Origin: Candidatus Poseidoniaceae archaeon
GTDB taxonomy: Archaea; Thermoplasmatota; Poseidoniia; Poseidoniales; Poseidoniaceae
Direction of reading: 5' to 3'
DNA: 34,814 nt
Assembly (NCBI GenBank): GCA_023254445.1
Contig: JALRLN010000003.1
Location: 1-34,814, forward strand
Shown here: positions 1 to 8,272 of the stretch, piece after piece
Layout: every line of letters starts with the position of its first letter
Position numbering within the stretch: the stretch's first letter is position 1
Made by a program: the position numbers and the translations under genes
Notes under the pieces: generated by a model
Told to the model about the DNA's origin: nothing
Databases searched by the model: none
Seen by the model: the letters and a program-made list of their open reading frames with translations, nothing else

Positions 1-1293
1 ATGACGGGATTGACCAAAGCGGACGTGCGTGGGAAGAACGGTTTCGCACGTCCGTTTGGTGTTCCAGTGGATTGGCTGATTGCGGGGGTCATCGCCACCT
101 TGGGTGGTGACGTGCTCCTCGCTGTGGTCTGGCTGTGCCTCTTCTCGCCCATCGCCGTTTCCAGCGCTCCCACCTCCAACATGCCTGCAGCCGCGCTTGG
201 CGTGACCCTTGCGCTCGTTTCTGCGTGGACCGAACTCGTCCCGCTGTATGTCGCAGGCCTCATGCTTGTTCCGTTCCTCGCGCCGTGGTTGATGATGGAC
301 GACGATGCTTCGACGGAGGTGGACATCCACGCCACCCTCAAGCGCGCACCGCTGTGGGCCGGGGCCGGAATCGCGGCACTGATGCTTGTGTTGACGTTCA
401 CCATCCTGCTGGGTTCCATTGATCAGATTCATTTCGCCGCACACGAAGTCTACGGGTCGGTCTTGCTTGCCTCAACCTCTGGAGCACTGCTCCTGTACAG
501 CCTCAGACGTGAAAGCACAACGGTGCGGTTGACGATGCTGACCGGTCTGATGTTGGTCAGCGCAGTGGGGGCCCTGCTCGCACCGGGGCTCTGGGGGGGC
601 GATGCGTTGGAGGGCCTCAGCAACGTGGTGCTCCGCGGTCACATTGCGTGGCTCGTTGCCCCCACGGCCCTTGTGGCGGTGCCTCACGTGGTGAGCGAGG
701 TTGTGCGCTCCGCACGACGGCGTTCCACGACGCCGTGGTGGCGTCGCGTGCCGGTGCAGGCCCACGTGGTTCACGCAGGGTTGTTGCTGCTGATTGTGGG
801 CCACGTCATGACAACGACCTTGGTGGACCGAGGCGACCCTGCCCATCGGATCACGATGCTCAAGGACGAACCGATCGAGGTGGACGGGTGGACCTACACC
901 TTCAGGGACGTGCGCTTGGTTCCTGGTGAGGACTTGGCCGTTGGCGATGGGGCGGTGCACGTGGTCATTGACGTGTACGATGGCACCGAATGGCGTGGGG
1001 CAGCAGAACCCGGAATGACACGGTTTGATGCGTCTGGATTCCCGCGTTCCGAAGTGGACGTTGTCCGTGGTGCAACGGGTGACGTCGTTCTCATCTTCGA
1101 TTTCACCCAGGCCGGGGACCTCATGCAGACGGTGGCGTTGGAGGGCGAAGACGCCGTTGATGCGGTTCGCGTCACGGTCTACCGCTTGCCTCAGTCGCAT
1201 GCTGTCTGGGTTGGGTGGGGGTTGATGCTGCTCGGCATGACGGGCCTTTCCCTTTCGAGCCGGGGGAAAGAGAAGCACCTTCCCGCCGCTTGA
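1..1293 (+). CDS. Cytochrome c biogenesis heme lyase CcmF/NrfE-like protein, C-terminal part (probably 5'-truncated by the window)
   Basis: Multi-TM protein with 'QAHVVHAGLLLLIVGH' followed by a soluble beta-rich segment (MLKDEPIEVDGWTYTF...EPGMTRFD...RSEVDV) and a final TM 'VWVGWGLMLLG', as in the CcmF C-terminal domain. The N-terminal WWD motif is not in view. Confidence 0.7.
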   Translation: MTGLTKADVRGKNGFARPFGVPVDWLIAGVIATLGGDVLLAVVWLCLFSPIAVSSAPTSNMPAAALGVTLALVSAWTELVPLYVAGLMLVPFLAPWLMMDDDASTEVDIHATLKRAPLWAGAGIAALMLVLTFTILLGSIDQIHFAAHEVYGSVLLASTSGALLLYSLRRESTTVRLTMLTGLMLVSAVGALLAPGLWGGDALEGLSNVVLRGHIAWLVAPTALVAVPHVVSEVVRSARRRSTTPWWRRVPVQAHVVHAGLLLLIVGHVMTTTLVDRGDPAHRITMLKDEPIEVDGWTYTFRDVRLVPGEDLAVGDGAVHVVIDVYDGTEWRGAAEPGMTRFDASGFPRSEVDVVRGATGDVVLIFDFTQAGDLMQTVALEGEDAVDAVRVTVYRLPQSHAVWVGWGLMLLGMTGLSLSSRGKEKHLPAA

Positions 1294-1332
1294 CTTATGA
1301 GGGGTGCTCCGGTGGCTCGGCGCACCTGAGGA

Positions 1333-2205
1333 GTGAGAACCATGGAGGAAGGAGCCATTGTCCACGTGGATTACGACCTGTTTGATGGAGCCAGCGGGGA
1401 CCTCATCGAGACGACCCGTGAGGCCACGGCGAAGGAGCACGAGGCGCACCAAGAGGGCCGAGAATACAGCCCCATGGTGTGCGTCGTTGGCGCGGGGAAC
1501 TTGATCCCGGGATTCGAAACCGCACTCCTCGAAGCCAAGGCCGAGACCGACATCGACATCACCATCCCTGCCGAAGAAGCCTACGGCGAGAAGGACCCGG
1601 CTCAGATGGAGACCATCTCCAGGGACAAGTTGCTGCGCTCGGTGCGCGACCCGAATCAGCTCTACATCGGCGCTCCGGTGAACATCGGGGGCCGTCAGGG
1701 CTACCTTTCGTACGTGGCTGCTGGTCGATGCCGCATCGATTACAACCACCCGATGGCAGGAAAGGACCTTCGTTACTCCTTCCGCATTGTCAAGGTCGTC
1801 GAGGGCCGTGAAGCGACCGTCGAAGCGTTGCTTCAATCCAACACCGGGCACAGCGATTTTGGTGTCAGTTTCGAGGGCGACGACGTCTCGATCACCCTGC
1901 CACAATCGATGCTCTTCGACACGAACGCTGCGATGATGAAGTTCAGCCTTGTTCGTGTGTTGCGCGACGCGATGGACGACCTGGGTACCGTCACCTTCCT
2001 TGAGGTGCACGAAGCACGGGGCATCGGGCACGTGCACGATCATGACGACCATGACCACGAGCACGACCACGACCACGATGAGGACCTCGAATCGCTCTCG
2101 GTCGCCGACCTCAAGGAGCGCTGCAAGGCGGCTGGCCTTCCCGTTGGTGGGAAGAAGGCCGACCTCATCGAGCGTCTCCGTGGCGCGAGCGGCGAAGAAG
2201 AGTGA
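1333..2205 (+). CDS. Long-type archaeal FKBP peptidyl-prolyl cis-trans isomerase (SlyD-like) with His/Asp-rich linker and C-terminal SAP domain
   Basis: FKBP motifs 'VGAGNLIPGFETAL', 'IPAEEAYG', 'IDYNHPMAGKDLRY'. His/Asp run, then 'LSVADLKERCKAAGLPVGGKKADLIERL' (SAP consensus). Start is GTG 1333 or ATG 1342. Confidence 0.9.
   Translation: MRTMEEGAIVHVDYDLFDGASGDLIETTREATAKEHEAHQEGREYSPMVCVVGAGNLIPGFETALLEAKAETDIDITIPAEEAYGEKDPAQMETISRDKLLRSVRDPNQLYIGAPVNIGGRQGYLSYVAAGRCRIDYNHPMAGKDLRYSFRIVKVVEGREATVEALLQSNTGHSDFGVSFEGDDVSITLPQSMLFDTNAAMMKFSLVRVLRDAMDDLGTVTFLEVHEARGIGHVHDHDDHDHEHDHDHDEDLESLSVADLKERCKAAGLPVGGKKADLIERLRGASGEEE
2029..2085 (+). repeat. Low-complexity CAC/GAC-rich coding repeat encoding HVHDHDDHDHEHDHDHDED
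   Basis: Direct reading: cacgtgcacgatcatgacgaccatgaccacgagcacgaccacgaccacgatgaggac. Confidence 0.85.
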
Positions 2206-2235
2206 TTCTCAGGCCAATCCTCTTGAGTTGCTCAC

Positions 2236-3690
2236 GTGAGCGACCACATGAGGCCCATGACGACGGACGACGCGTCGAACGTGGAGCCAACCGACCTTGT
2301 CCAGCAGAACGATGCCCTAGGCGTCAAGGACGGAGCACGGCTTGAAGCAAGGGAACCACCCTTCAGCCCCCTTGAACGCGTTGTGTTGTGGGGGCTGCTG
2401 GGAACCTTTGTCGTCGTCGGCCTTGCGTACGCCGTTGCCCCAGAAGCGGTGTGGGATGACCGGCTTGCTCCCGTTGTGTGGGACCCGATTGTTTTGGATG
2501 CCAGCGACGAAGCGGGTGATGCGGGCTACAACCGGTGGAACACCGCACTGTACACGGCTGGTCTCTTCGTGTCCGTGCTGGCCCTGCAGGCCTTGTTCAG
2601 GCATTGGAGGCTTCCGTCCGACGACCTGATGGTCCTGACGTTGGCCGTGTGGGTGTGCTTGGCACCGGTCCTGCGCGTCCTCGAGGACGCGCACATCTTT
2701 CCCCCTGGCAAAGACGTGCTCTTCATCTCGCCGATCATTCACCTTCACCTCGCGGCGTGGCTTGTCGCCGTGGGCCTCGCAGGGCATCGCCTCGATGTGA
2801 CGATGGCGAGGAGCACGCACCCGTCGACCACCGAGCGCCGCGTCAACCATGCCTTGCTGTTTGGTGTCCCCTTCGGATTGCTCGGATTTTGGAGTTGGGT
2901 GCTTCGTCCAGCCCATGACGGCGCGATCGCCATCGGTCCAACAGCCCCCGCTCTGTTTTCGCTCTTCGCGCTCGTGGCCGTGGTCCTCTGCTTGATGCGC
3001 ACCACAGGTGCACCAGCCATCACACGGGCGTTGTTGAGCTTCGGCGTTGGGGCGGTCCTTCTCTCCATGGGATACTACGTCGCCCTTGCTCAGCAACTGA
3101 GCGTCCTGTACGTCGACGATCCTCGCAACAGCATCGTTCTGTGGCCGCTGTTCGTGGTGGTTGGCCTCCCACTCTTGATCGCTGCCGTTCTGCACCGGTA
3201 TGGCGCACCGGCCCACAACCACCTCACGGCCACAGGCCACGTTCCCGGGGTGCTCCCCGAGGGCGTTCGATTGGAGGTGTGGGAAGCCGATCCTGATGCG
3301 GTTGCTTCCCACCCAGTGGAGCGGCTTTCGACGCGGGCGATGCTGGCTTCTCCGCTCGTGTTGCTCATGCTGATCGGGCAGTTGGCTGACGGCTTCGCCA
3401 CGTTCCTCGGCCTTGACGTGTTTGGCTATGCGGAGAAACACGTCGCGAGCCAAGGTGTCATCGAACTCGGCGCGAGGGTGAACGAAGCGCTTGGCATCGA
3501 CTTCGGTGTTGGTGCCTGGTTGTTCATGGTCGTCAAAGCCGTGCTTGTCACCCTCATTGTGGTCCTCTTCGCTCGAATGCGCGTCGAGCATCGTCAGCAG
3601 CATCTTCGTGTGTTGATTGTGCTGGCTGTGATGATCGTCGGTTTGGCCCCCGGGCTTCGTGACGTGGGGCGCCTCATCCTCGACGTGTGA
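2236..3690 (+). CDS. DUF63 family archaeal membrane protein
   Basis: 'GYNRWNTALY', 'LRVLEDA', 'ISPIIH', 'QLADGFATFLG..FGYAEKHV' and terminal 'GLAPGLRD' match DUF63 signature segments. Many TM helices. Confidence 0.8.
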   Translation: MSDHMRPMTTDDASNVEPTDLVQQNDALGVKDGARLEAREPPFSPLERVVLWGLLGTFVVVGLAYAVAPEAVWDDRLAPVVWDPIVLDASDEAGDAGYNRWNTALYTAGLFVSVLALQALFRHWRLPSDDLMVLTLAVWVCLAPVLRVLEDAHIFPPGKDVLFISPIIHLHLAAWLVAVGLAGHRLDVTMARSTHPSTTERRVNHALLFGVPFGLLGFWSWVLRPAHDGAIAIGPTAPALFSLFALVAVVLCLMRTTGAPAITRALLSFGVGAVLLSMGYYVALAQQLSVLYVDDPRNSIVLWPLFVVVGLPLLIAAVLHRYGAPAHNHLTATGHVPGVLPEGVRLEVWEADPDAVASHPVERLSTRAMLASPLVLLMLIGQLADGFATFLGLDVFGYAEKHVASQGVIELGARVNEALGIDFGVGAWLFMVVKAVLVTLIVVLFARMRVEHRQQHLRVLIVLAVMIVGLAPGLRDVGRLILDV

Positions 3691-3747
3691 GGGCCATCGT
3701 CGGATGCTTGAAGCGCGTTGTGGTTCTCGGCGGGGCAAGGGAGCGTC

Positions 3748-5358
3748 ATGGATCGATTGCAAACCCGCCACGTTCCCTCAAGCGAGGAAGCGAAGGCCCG
3801 GCGCGAGCACAACAGGTCCTTGGTCGAAACATTGCAGTCCAGGCTCAATGACGTCCGTCAGGGCGGAGGAGATCGGGCCGTCGAACGCCATCGTGCTCGA
3901 TCCAAGTTGCTCCCACGGGAACGCATTGAGCGAATCATCGACCCAGGAACCGCGTTCCTCGAACTCTCTGCACTCGCAGCCAACGACCTCTACGAAGGCG
4001 GGGCGCCGAGCGCGGGAATCGTCACAGGAATCGGCGTCGTGCACGGCCGAGAGTGCCTCTTTGTGGCCAACGATGCGACGGTGAAAGGGGGGTCCTACTA
4101 CCCGATGACGGTGAAGAAGCACATCCGGGCCCAAACCATCGCCCACGAGAACCGCTTGCCGTGCATTTACCTTGTTGACTCAGGCGGCGCCTTCCTGCCG
4201 ATGCAGGACGAGGTCTTCCCTGATGTCGGTCACTTCGGCCGAATTTTCCGAAACCAAGCGCGCATGTCGGCCGATGGAATCCCTCAGGTGTCTGCCGTGC
4301 TTGGCTCCTGTACGGCTGGAGGTGCGTACGTACCTGCGATGTCCGATGAGTCGATCATCGTGAAAGGCAACGGCACCATTTTTCTCGCTGGGCCACCGCT
4401 TGTCAAGGCGGCAACTGGAGAAGAGGTGAGTGCAGAAGACCTCGGTGGAGCCGACCTTCACACGTCCGTATCTGGTGTCGCTGACCACTTTGCTGAGGAC
4501 GAAGCAGAGGCGTTGCGCATGGTCCGCAACGTGGTGGAGAATTTTGGTCCGAGGTCCCTCGCGCCAATGAATGGGAAAGCCCCTGAAGCACCGTACCACG
4601 ACCCCGAAGAATTGCTGGGCATCGTGCCTGAGGACAACCGCACCCCTGTGGATGTGCGCGAGGTGATCGCGCGGATTGTCGATGGTTCCCGTTTTCACGA
4701 ATTCAAACCGCGGTACGGGACAACCTTGGTGTGTGGATTTGCTCACCTTCACGGGCAACCGATTGGGATCGTCGCGAACAACGGTATCCTGTTCTCTGAG
4801 TCCAGCCTCAAAGGCGCCCACTTCGTCCAGCTGTGCGGACAGCGCCAGGTGCCGCTCGTGTTCCTTCAGAACATCACCGGCTTCATGGTCGGTCGTGATT
4901 ACGAAGCCGGAGGCATCGCGAAGGACGGTGCGAAGTTGGTTACGGCTGTTTCTTGCGTTGACGTTCCGAAGTTCACGGTCATCATCGGCGGAAGCCATGG
5001 TGCAGGCAACTACGGCATGTGCGGGCGGGCGTACGACCCGCGGTTCTTGTTCATGTGGCCCAACGCACGCATCTCCGTCATGGGCGGTCCACAAGCAGCA
5101 GACGTGCTCACGACCATCAAGCAGGATCAGGTCTCAAGGGAAGGGGGGGAGCCCCTGAGTGCTGATGACCTTGAGGCCTTCCGCGCGCCCATCTTGGAGA
5201 AATACGAGCGGGAGGGCTCACCCTACTACTCCACGTCGAGGCTGTGGGACGATGGAGTGATCGACCCACGCGACACGAGGGACGTCCTTGCCCTGTGTTT
5301 GGCGGCATCGCGCAATGCACAGAAGCCGGACAAGGGGTACGGCATCTTCCGCATGTAG
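3748..5358 (+). CDS. liuB: 3-methylcrotonyl-CoA carboxylase beta (carboxyltransferase) subunit
   Basis: '[14 protein letters not shown]', '[10 protein letters not shown]', '[13 protein letters not shown]', 'IAKDGAK', '[12 protein letters not shown]', '[10 protein letters not shown]', C-terminal 'YGIFRM' are typical of MCC-beta. ATG 3748 follows GGGAG. Confidence 0.9.
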   Translation: MDRLQTRHVPSSEEAKARREHNRSLVETLQSRLNDVRQGGGDRAVERHRARSKLLPRERIERIIDPGTAFLELSALAANDLYEGGAPSAGIVTGIGVVHGRECLFVANDATVKGGSYYPMTVKKHIRAQTIAHENRLPCIYLVDSGGAFLPMQDEVFPDVGHFGRIFRNQARMSADGIPQVSAVLGSCTAGGAYVPAMSDESIIVKGNGTIFLAGPPLVKAATGEEVSAEDLGGADLHTSVSGVADHFAEDEAEALRMVRNVVENFGPRSLAPMNGKAPEAPYHDPEELLGIVPEDNRTPVDVREVIARIVDGSRFHEFKPRYGTTLVCGFAHLHGQPIGIVANNGILFSESSLKGAHFVQLCGQRQVPLVFLQNITGFMVGRDYEAGGIAKDGAKLVTAVSCVDVPKFTVIIGGSHGAGNYGMCGRAYDPRFLFMWPNARISVMGGPQAADVLTTIKQDQVSREGGEPLSADDLEAFRAPILEKYEREGSPYYSTSRLWDDGVIDPRDTRDVLALCLAASRNAQKPDKGYGIFRM

Positions 5359-5359
5359 G

Positions 5360-5387
5360 GCAATTGAAAAATCGAATTTCCAATTGA
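5360..5387. promoter_or_regulatory. AT-rich imperfect palindrome, copy 1 (GCAATTGAAAA-ATCGAA-TTTCCAATTGA)
   Basis: Fills almost the whole gap between liuB and the hydratase gene. 22/26 self-complementary over 5361-5386. 25/28 identical to 15118-15145. Confidence 0.6.
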
Positions 5388-5397
5388 GGTGTACGTT

Positions 5398-6255
5398 GTG
5401 AACGCTCCTGCATGCGACCACCTTCTCCTTCAGGTCGATGGACCCGTGCTGCGGGTCGGGTTGGCGCGTGAAGCGGTGTTCAACGCCCTCAACGTCCAGT
5501 TGATCACCGAATTGTGCGAAGTCCTTGAGTGGAGCGCAGCACGGAGTGCTGGCCGAACCGGGAGCTTGAGCGATGAAAACGGGGCCTGCTTTCGTCTCCT
5601 TGTGTTGCACGGCCTTGGGAAGCATTTCTGCGCTGGGGCAGACATCGGCATGATGCGGGACGCTGGTGCTCGAACCGTCGATGAGAACCGTGAAGACAGC
5701 GCCCGCTTGGACCGGTTGTTCCACGGATTGTGGTCGCACCCCTGTTACACGATTGCCGTGCTTCACGGCGTGGCCTTGGGTGGGGGCGCAGGCCTCATCG
5801 CGGCGTGCGATCATGTGGTGGCGGTTGAAGGCGCAAGGGTGGCCCTGTCCGAAGGTAAACTTGGAATTCTTCCCGCCGTCATTGGCCCCTACGTGTACAG
5901 AAGGGTGGGCTCTGCCGCGTTTCGCAGGTTGGCGATGCACGCCGGTAGGGTCGGCACCGCTGAAGCCCAACGCATTGGCCTTCTCGAGGACGTCCATCCC
6001 ACGGCGGACGATGCTTGGACCGCTGTTGACGCCATCGTTTCAGAGGTCTTGACCACGGGTCCGAGTGCGGTCACCACAGCCAAGGAGCTCACCCTGGGCT
6101 TTGACCGCTGGAGCGGGTCCGACGAAGACCTTCGGACGTGGACGCTGGACTTCACCAGCAGAATGCGCGGCTCCGACGAGGGACAAGAAGGACTCTCTGC
6201 GTTCCTTGAGAAGCGGCCTCAGCGTTGGCGACCGGATGCGGGAGGGACGTCCTGA
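5398..6255 (+). CDS. Enoyl-CoA hydratase family protein, probable methylglutaconyl-CoA hydratase (LiuC-like)
   Basis: 'GKHFCAGAD', 'ALGGGAGLIAACD', 'LSEGKLGILPAVIGPYV', 'EGQEGLSAFLEKR'. Lies between MCC subunits. GAGGTG at 5386-5391 favours GTG 5398 over 5389. Confidence 0.85.
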   Translation: MNAPACDHLLLQVDGPVLRVGLAREAVFNALNVQLITELCEVLEWSAARSAGRTGSLSDENGACFRLLVLHGLGKHFCAGADIGMMRDAGARTVDENREDSARLDRLFHGLWSHPCYTIAVLHGVALGGGAGLIAACDHVVAVEGARVALSEGKLGILPAVIGPYVYRRVGSAAFRRLAMHAGRVGTAEAQRIGLLEDVHPTADDAWTAVDAIVSEVLTTGPSAVTTAKELTLGFDRWSGSDEDLRTWTLDFTSRMRGSDEGQEGLSAFLEKRPQRWRPDAGGTS

Positions 6256-7757
6256 TGCGCTGCGTGCTCGTGGCCAACCGAGGCGAGATCGCCTGCAGGG
6301 TGCTTCGGGCGTGCACGGAAGCCGGATTGGACTCGGTGGCGATTTTCGCCGAAGACGAGGCCGGATCGTTGCATACCGAACTTGCCACACGGTCGGTTGG
6401 CCTCAGCGGCGAAGGTCCAAGCGCGTACCTGAACGTGGACGCCATCCTTGAAGCAGCCCGTTCGTCCGGGGCCGATGCGGTGCATCCCGGGTTCGGATTC
6501 CTCTCCGAACGGGCTGATTTCGCACGTGCGGTCGTGGCTGCGGGACTGGTGTGGATCGGTCCTTCTCCAGACGCTATCGAACGAATGGGCGACAAAATGA
6601 CCGCACGCATCACAATGCGGGAGGCAGGCGTCCCCGTCATTCCCGGCTGTGAAATTGAAACCGACGCCACAGGAGACGACGAACGCGATCTGTTGACCGT
6701 CCTTCAGGCGGTGGAGTCGGCTGCGGTCGAAGTTGGCTTCCCGCTTTTGTTGAAGGCAAGCGCAGGCGGCGGTGGCAAAGGGATGAGGGAAGTGTCTTCT
6801 CGTGAAGGCCTTGAGGAGGCCCTTCGTTCCGCTCGTCGAGAAGCGATGGCCGCCTTTGGCGATGGCCGTGTCTACCTTGAACGTCTTCTGCGCAACGCAC
6901 GGCACGTGGAGGTGCAGGTGCTTGCCGATGAACATGGACGGACCGTTCATCTTGGCGAGCGTGAATGTTCCATTCAGCGCCGGCATCAGAAGGTGTTCGA
7001 GGAAGCACCCTGTCCTGTGATGGACGAGGACTTGCGGGCGCGCATCGGCGCGGCAGCCGTGGCCGCAGCAGAGGCCGTGGCGTACGTCGGAGCCGGTACG
7101 GTTGAATTCCTTCTTGAAGCGGACGGTAGCTTCCATTTTCTTGAGATGAACACCCGAATTCAGGTCGAGCATCCAATCACTGAGGCGATCACCGGCGTGG
7201 ACATCGTCGCTGAACAACTGCGGATTGCCGCAGGTGAACGCATGCAGGTTGGCGACCTGCACCTGCAGGGCCATGCCATCGAAGTTCGCATCTACGCCGA
7301 AGACCCGTCCAACGGTTTCCTTCCCTCCATCGGCCCCCTCGCCGTGTTCCGTCCCCCAACGGGGCCCGGTGTTCGCTTTGATACCGGGGTGCGGGAAGGT
7401 GACAACGTGTCACCATCGTACGATCCGATGCTCGCCAAACTGGTCGTCCACGCACCCAATCGACCACAAGCCTTGGCGAGGATGCGACGGGCGCTGAACG
7501 ATTTCGTGGTCCTCGGGACCACGACCAACGTCAGTTTTCTTCGCGACCTTCTCGACCAAGAGGCGGTGGTGGGTGGGCACACCCACACGACGCTGATCGA
7601 CGAGGTGTATCCGTCTGGATGGACGGCTCCTCCCGTCGGCGAAGCGGCACGAGCGGTCGCGGCCTGTGCGGCGTCTGTCCCCCCACGGTCCGTCTCCGGT
7701 ACCTCCTCGAACGCCGAACCCTCTCCGTTCATCACCATCGGAAGGAGGCTTCCGTGA
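6255..7757 (+). CDS. Biotin carboxylase (BC part of the MCC alpha subunit)
   Basis: 'LVANRGEIA', 'HPGFGFLSE', 'KASAGGGGKGMR', 'ERECSIQRRHQK', 'LEMNTRIQVEHP', 'YDPMLAKL'. TGATG coupling at 6253-6257. Confidence 0.93.
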   Translation: MRCVLVANRGEIACRVLRACTEAGLDSVAIFAEDEAGSLHTELATRSVGLSGEGPSAYLNVDAILEAARSSGADAVHPGFGFLSERADFARAVVAAGLVWIGPSPDAIERMGDKMTARITMREAGVPVIPGCEIETDATGDDERDLLTVLQAVESAAVEVGFPLLLKASAGGGGKGMREVSSREGLEEALRSARREAMAAFGDGRVYLERLLRNARHVEVQVLADEHGRTVHLGERECSIQRRHQKVFEEAPCPVMDEDLRARIGAAAVAAAEAVAYVGAGTVEFLLEADGSFHFLEMNTRIQVEHPITEAITGVDIVAEQLRIAAGERMQVGDLHLQGHAIEVRIYAEDPSNGFLPSIGPLAVFRPPTGPGVRFDTGVREGDNVSPSYDPMLAKLVVHAPNRPQALARMRRALNDFVVLGTTTNVSFLRDLLDQEAVVGGHTHTTLIDEVYPSGWTAPPVGEAARAVAACAASVPPRSVSGTSSNAEPSPFITIGRRLP

Positions 7758-8224
7758 TGGTCGAGTTTCGGACCCCTGAAGGCACCGTTGAGGTGCACCC
7801 CGTTCCAGACGGCAGGTCATGGATCGTCGGTGACCACCGGTTGACGCGGCTCGATGACGTTCGCTGGTCCGTCGAGGGGGAAGGCCGTCCCGCTCGGATT
7901 GCCCATGCGATCCGCGTCGATGACGACGTGTGGCTGCACGTAGATGGACGCGTCCATCGCTTGAGCCTCGTTGAACCAGGAGCACGAAGCGGAGGAGCCG
8001 AGGGTGGCTGCACTGCACCAATGCCCGGGGCCGTTCTGGAGGTCTTGGTGAGCGTTGGTGATGAGGTTGAGGCCGGAACCCCGCTCGTCGTCATGGAGGC
8101 CATGAAGATGGAACATCGGGTGATGGCTCCGACGGACGGGACGGTTGTTGCGGTGCACGTTGAAGTTGGAGGCCGTGTCCTGCAAGGACAAACCTTGGTT
8201 GATGTTGAAACGGACGTCAGTTGA
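7757..8224 (+). CDS. Biotin carboxyl carrier protein with N-terminal BT-like domain
   Basis: 'APMPGAVL...EAMKMEH' biotinylation motif. TGATG overlap at 7755-7759 with GGAGG upstream. Confidence 0.9.
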   Translation: MVEFRTPEGTVEVHPVPDGRSWIVGDHRLTRLDDVRWSVEGEGRPARIAHAIRVDDDVWLHVDGRVHRLSLVEPGARSGGAEGGCTAPMPGAVLEVLVSVGDEVEAGTPLVVMEAMKMEHRVMAPTDGTVVAVHVEVGGRVLQGQTLVDVETDVS

Positions 8225-8272
8225 GGGCCCTCCATACGATGACGCTATGACCGCCTGCGTTTGGCGCAGTGC

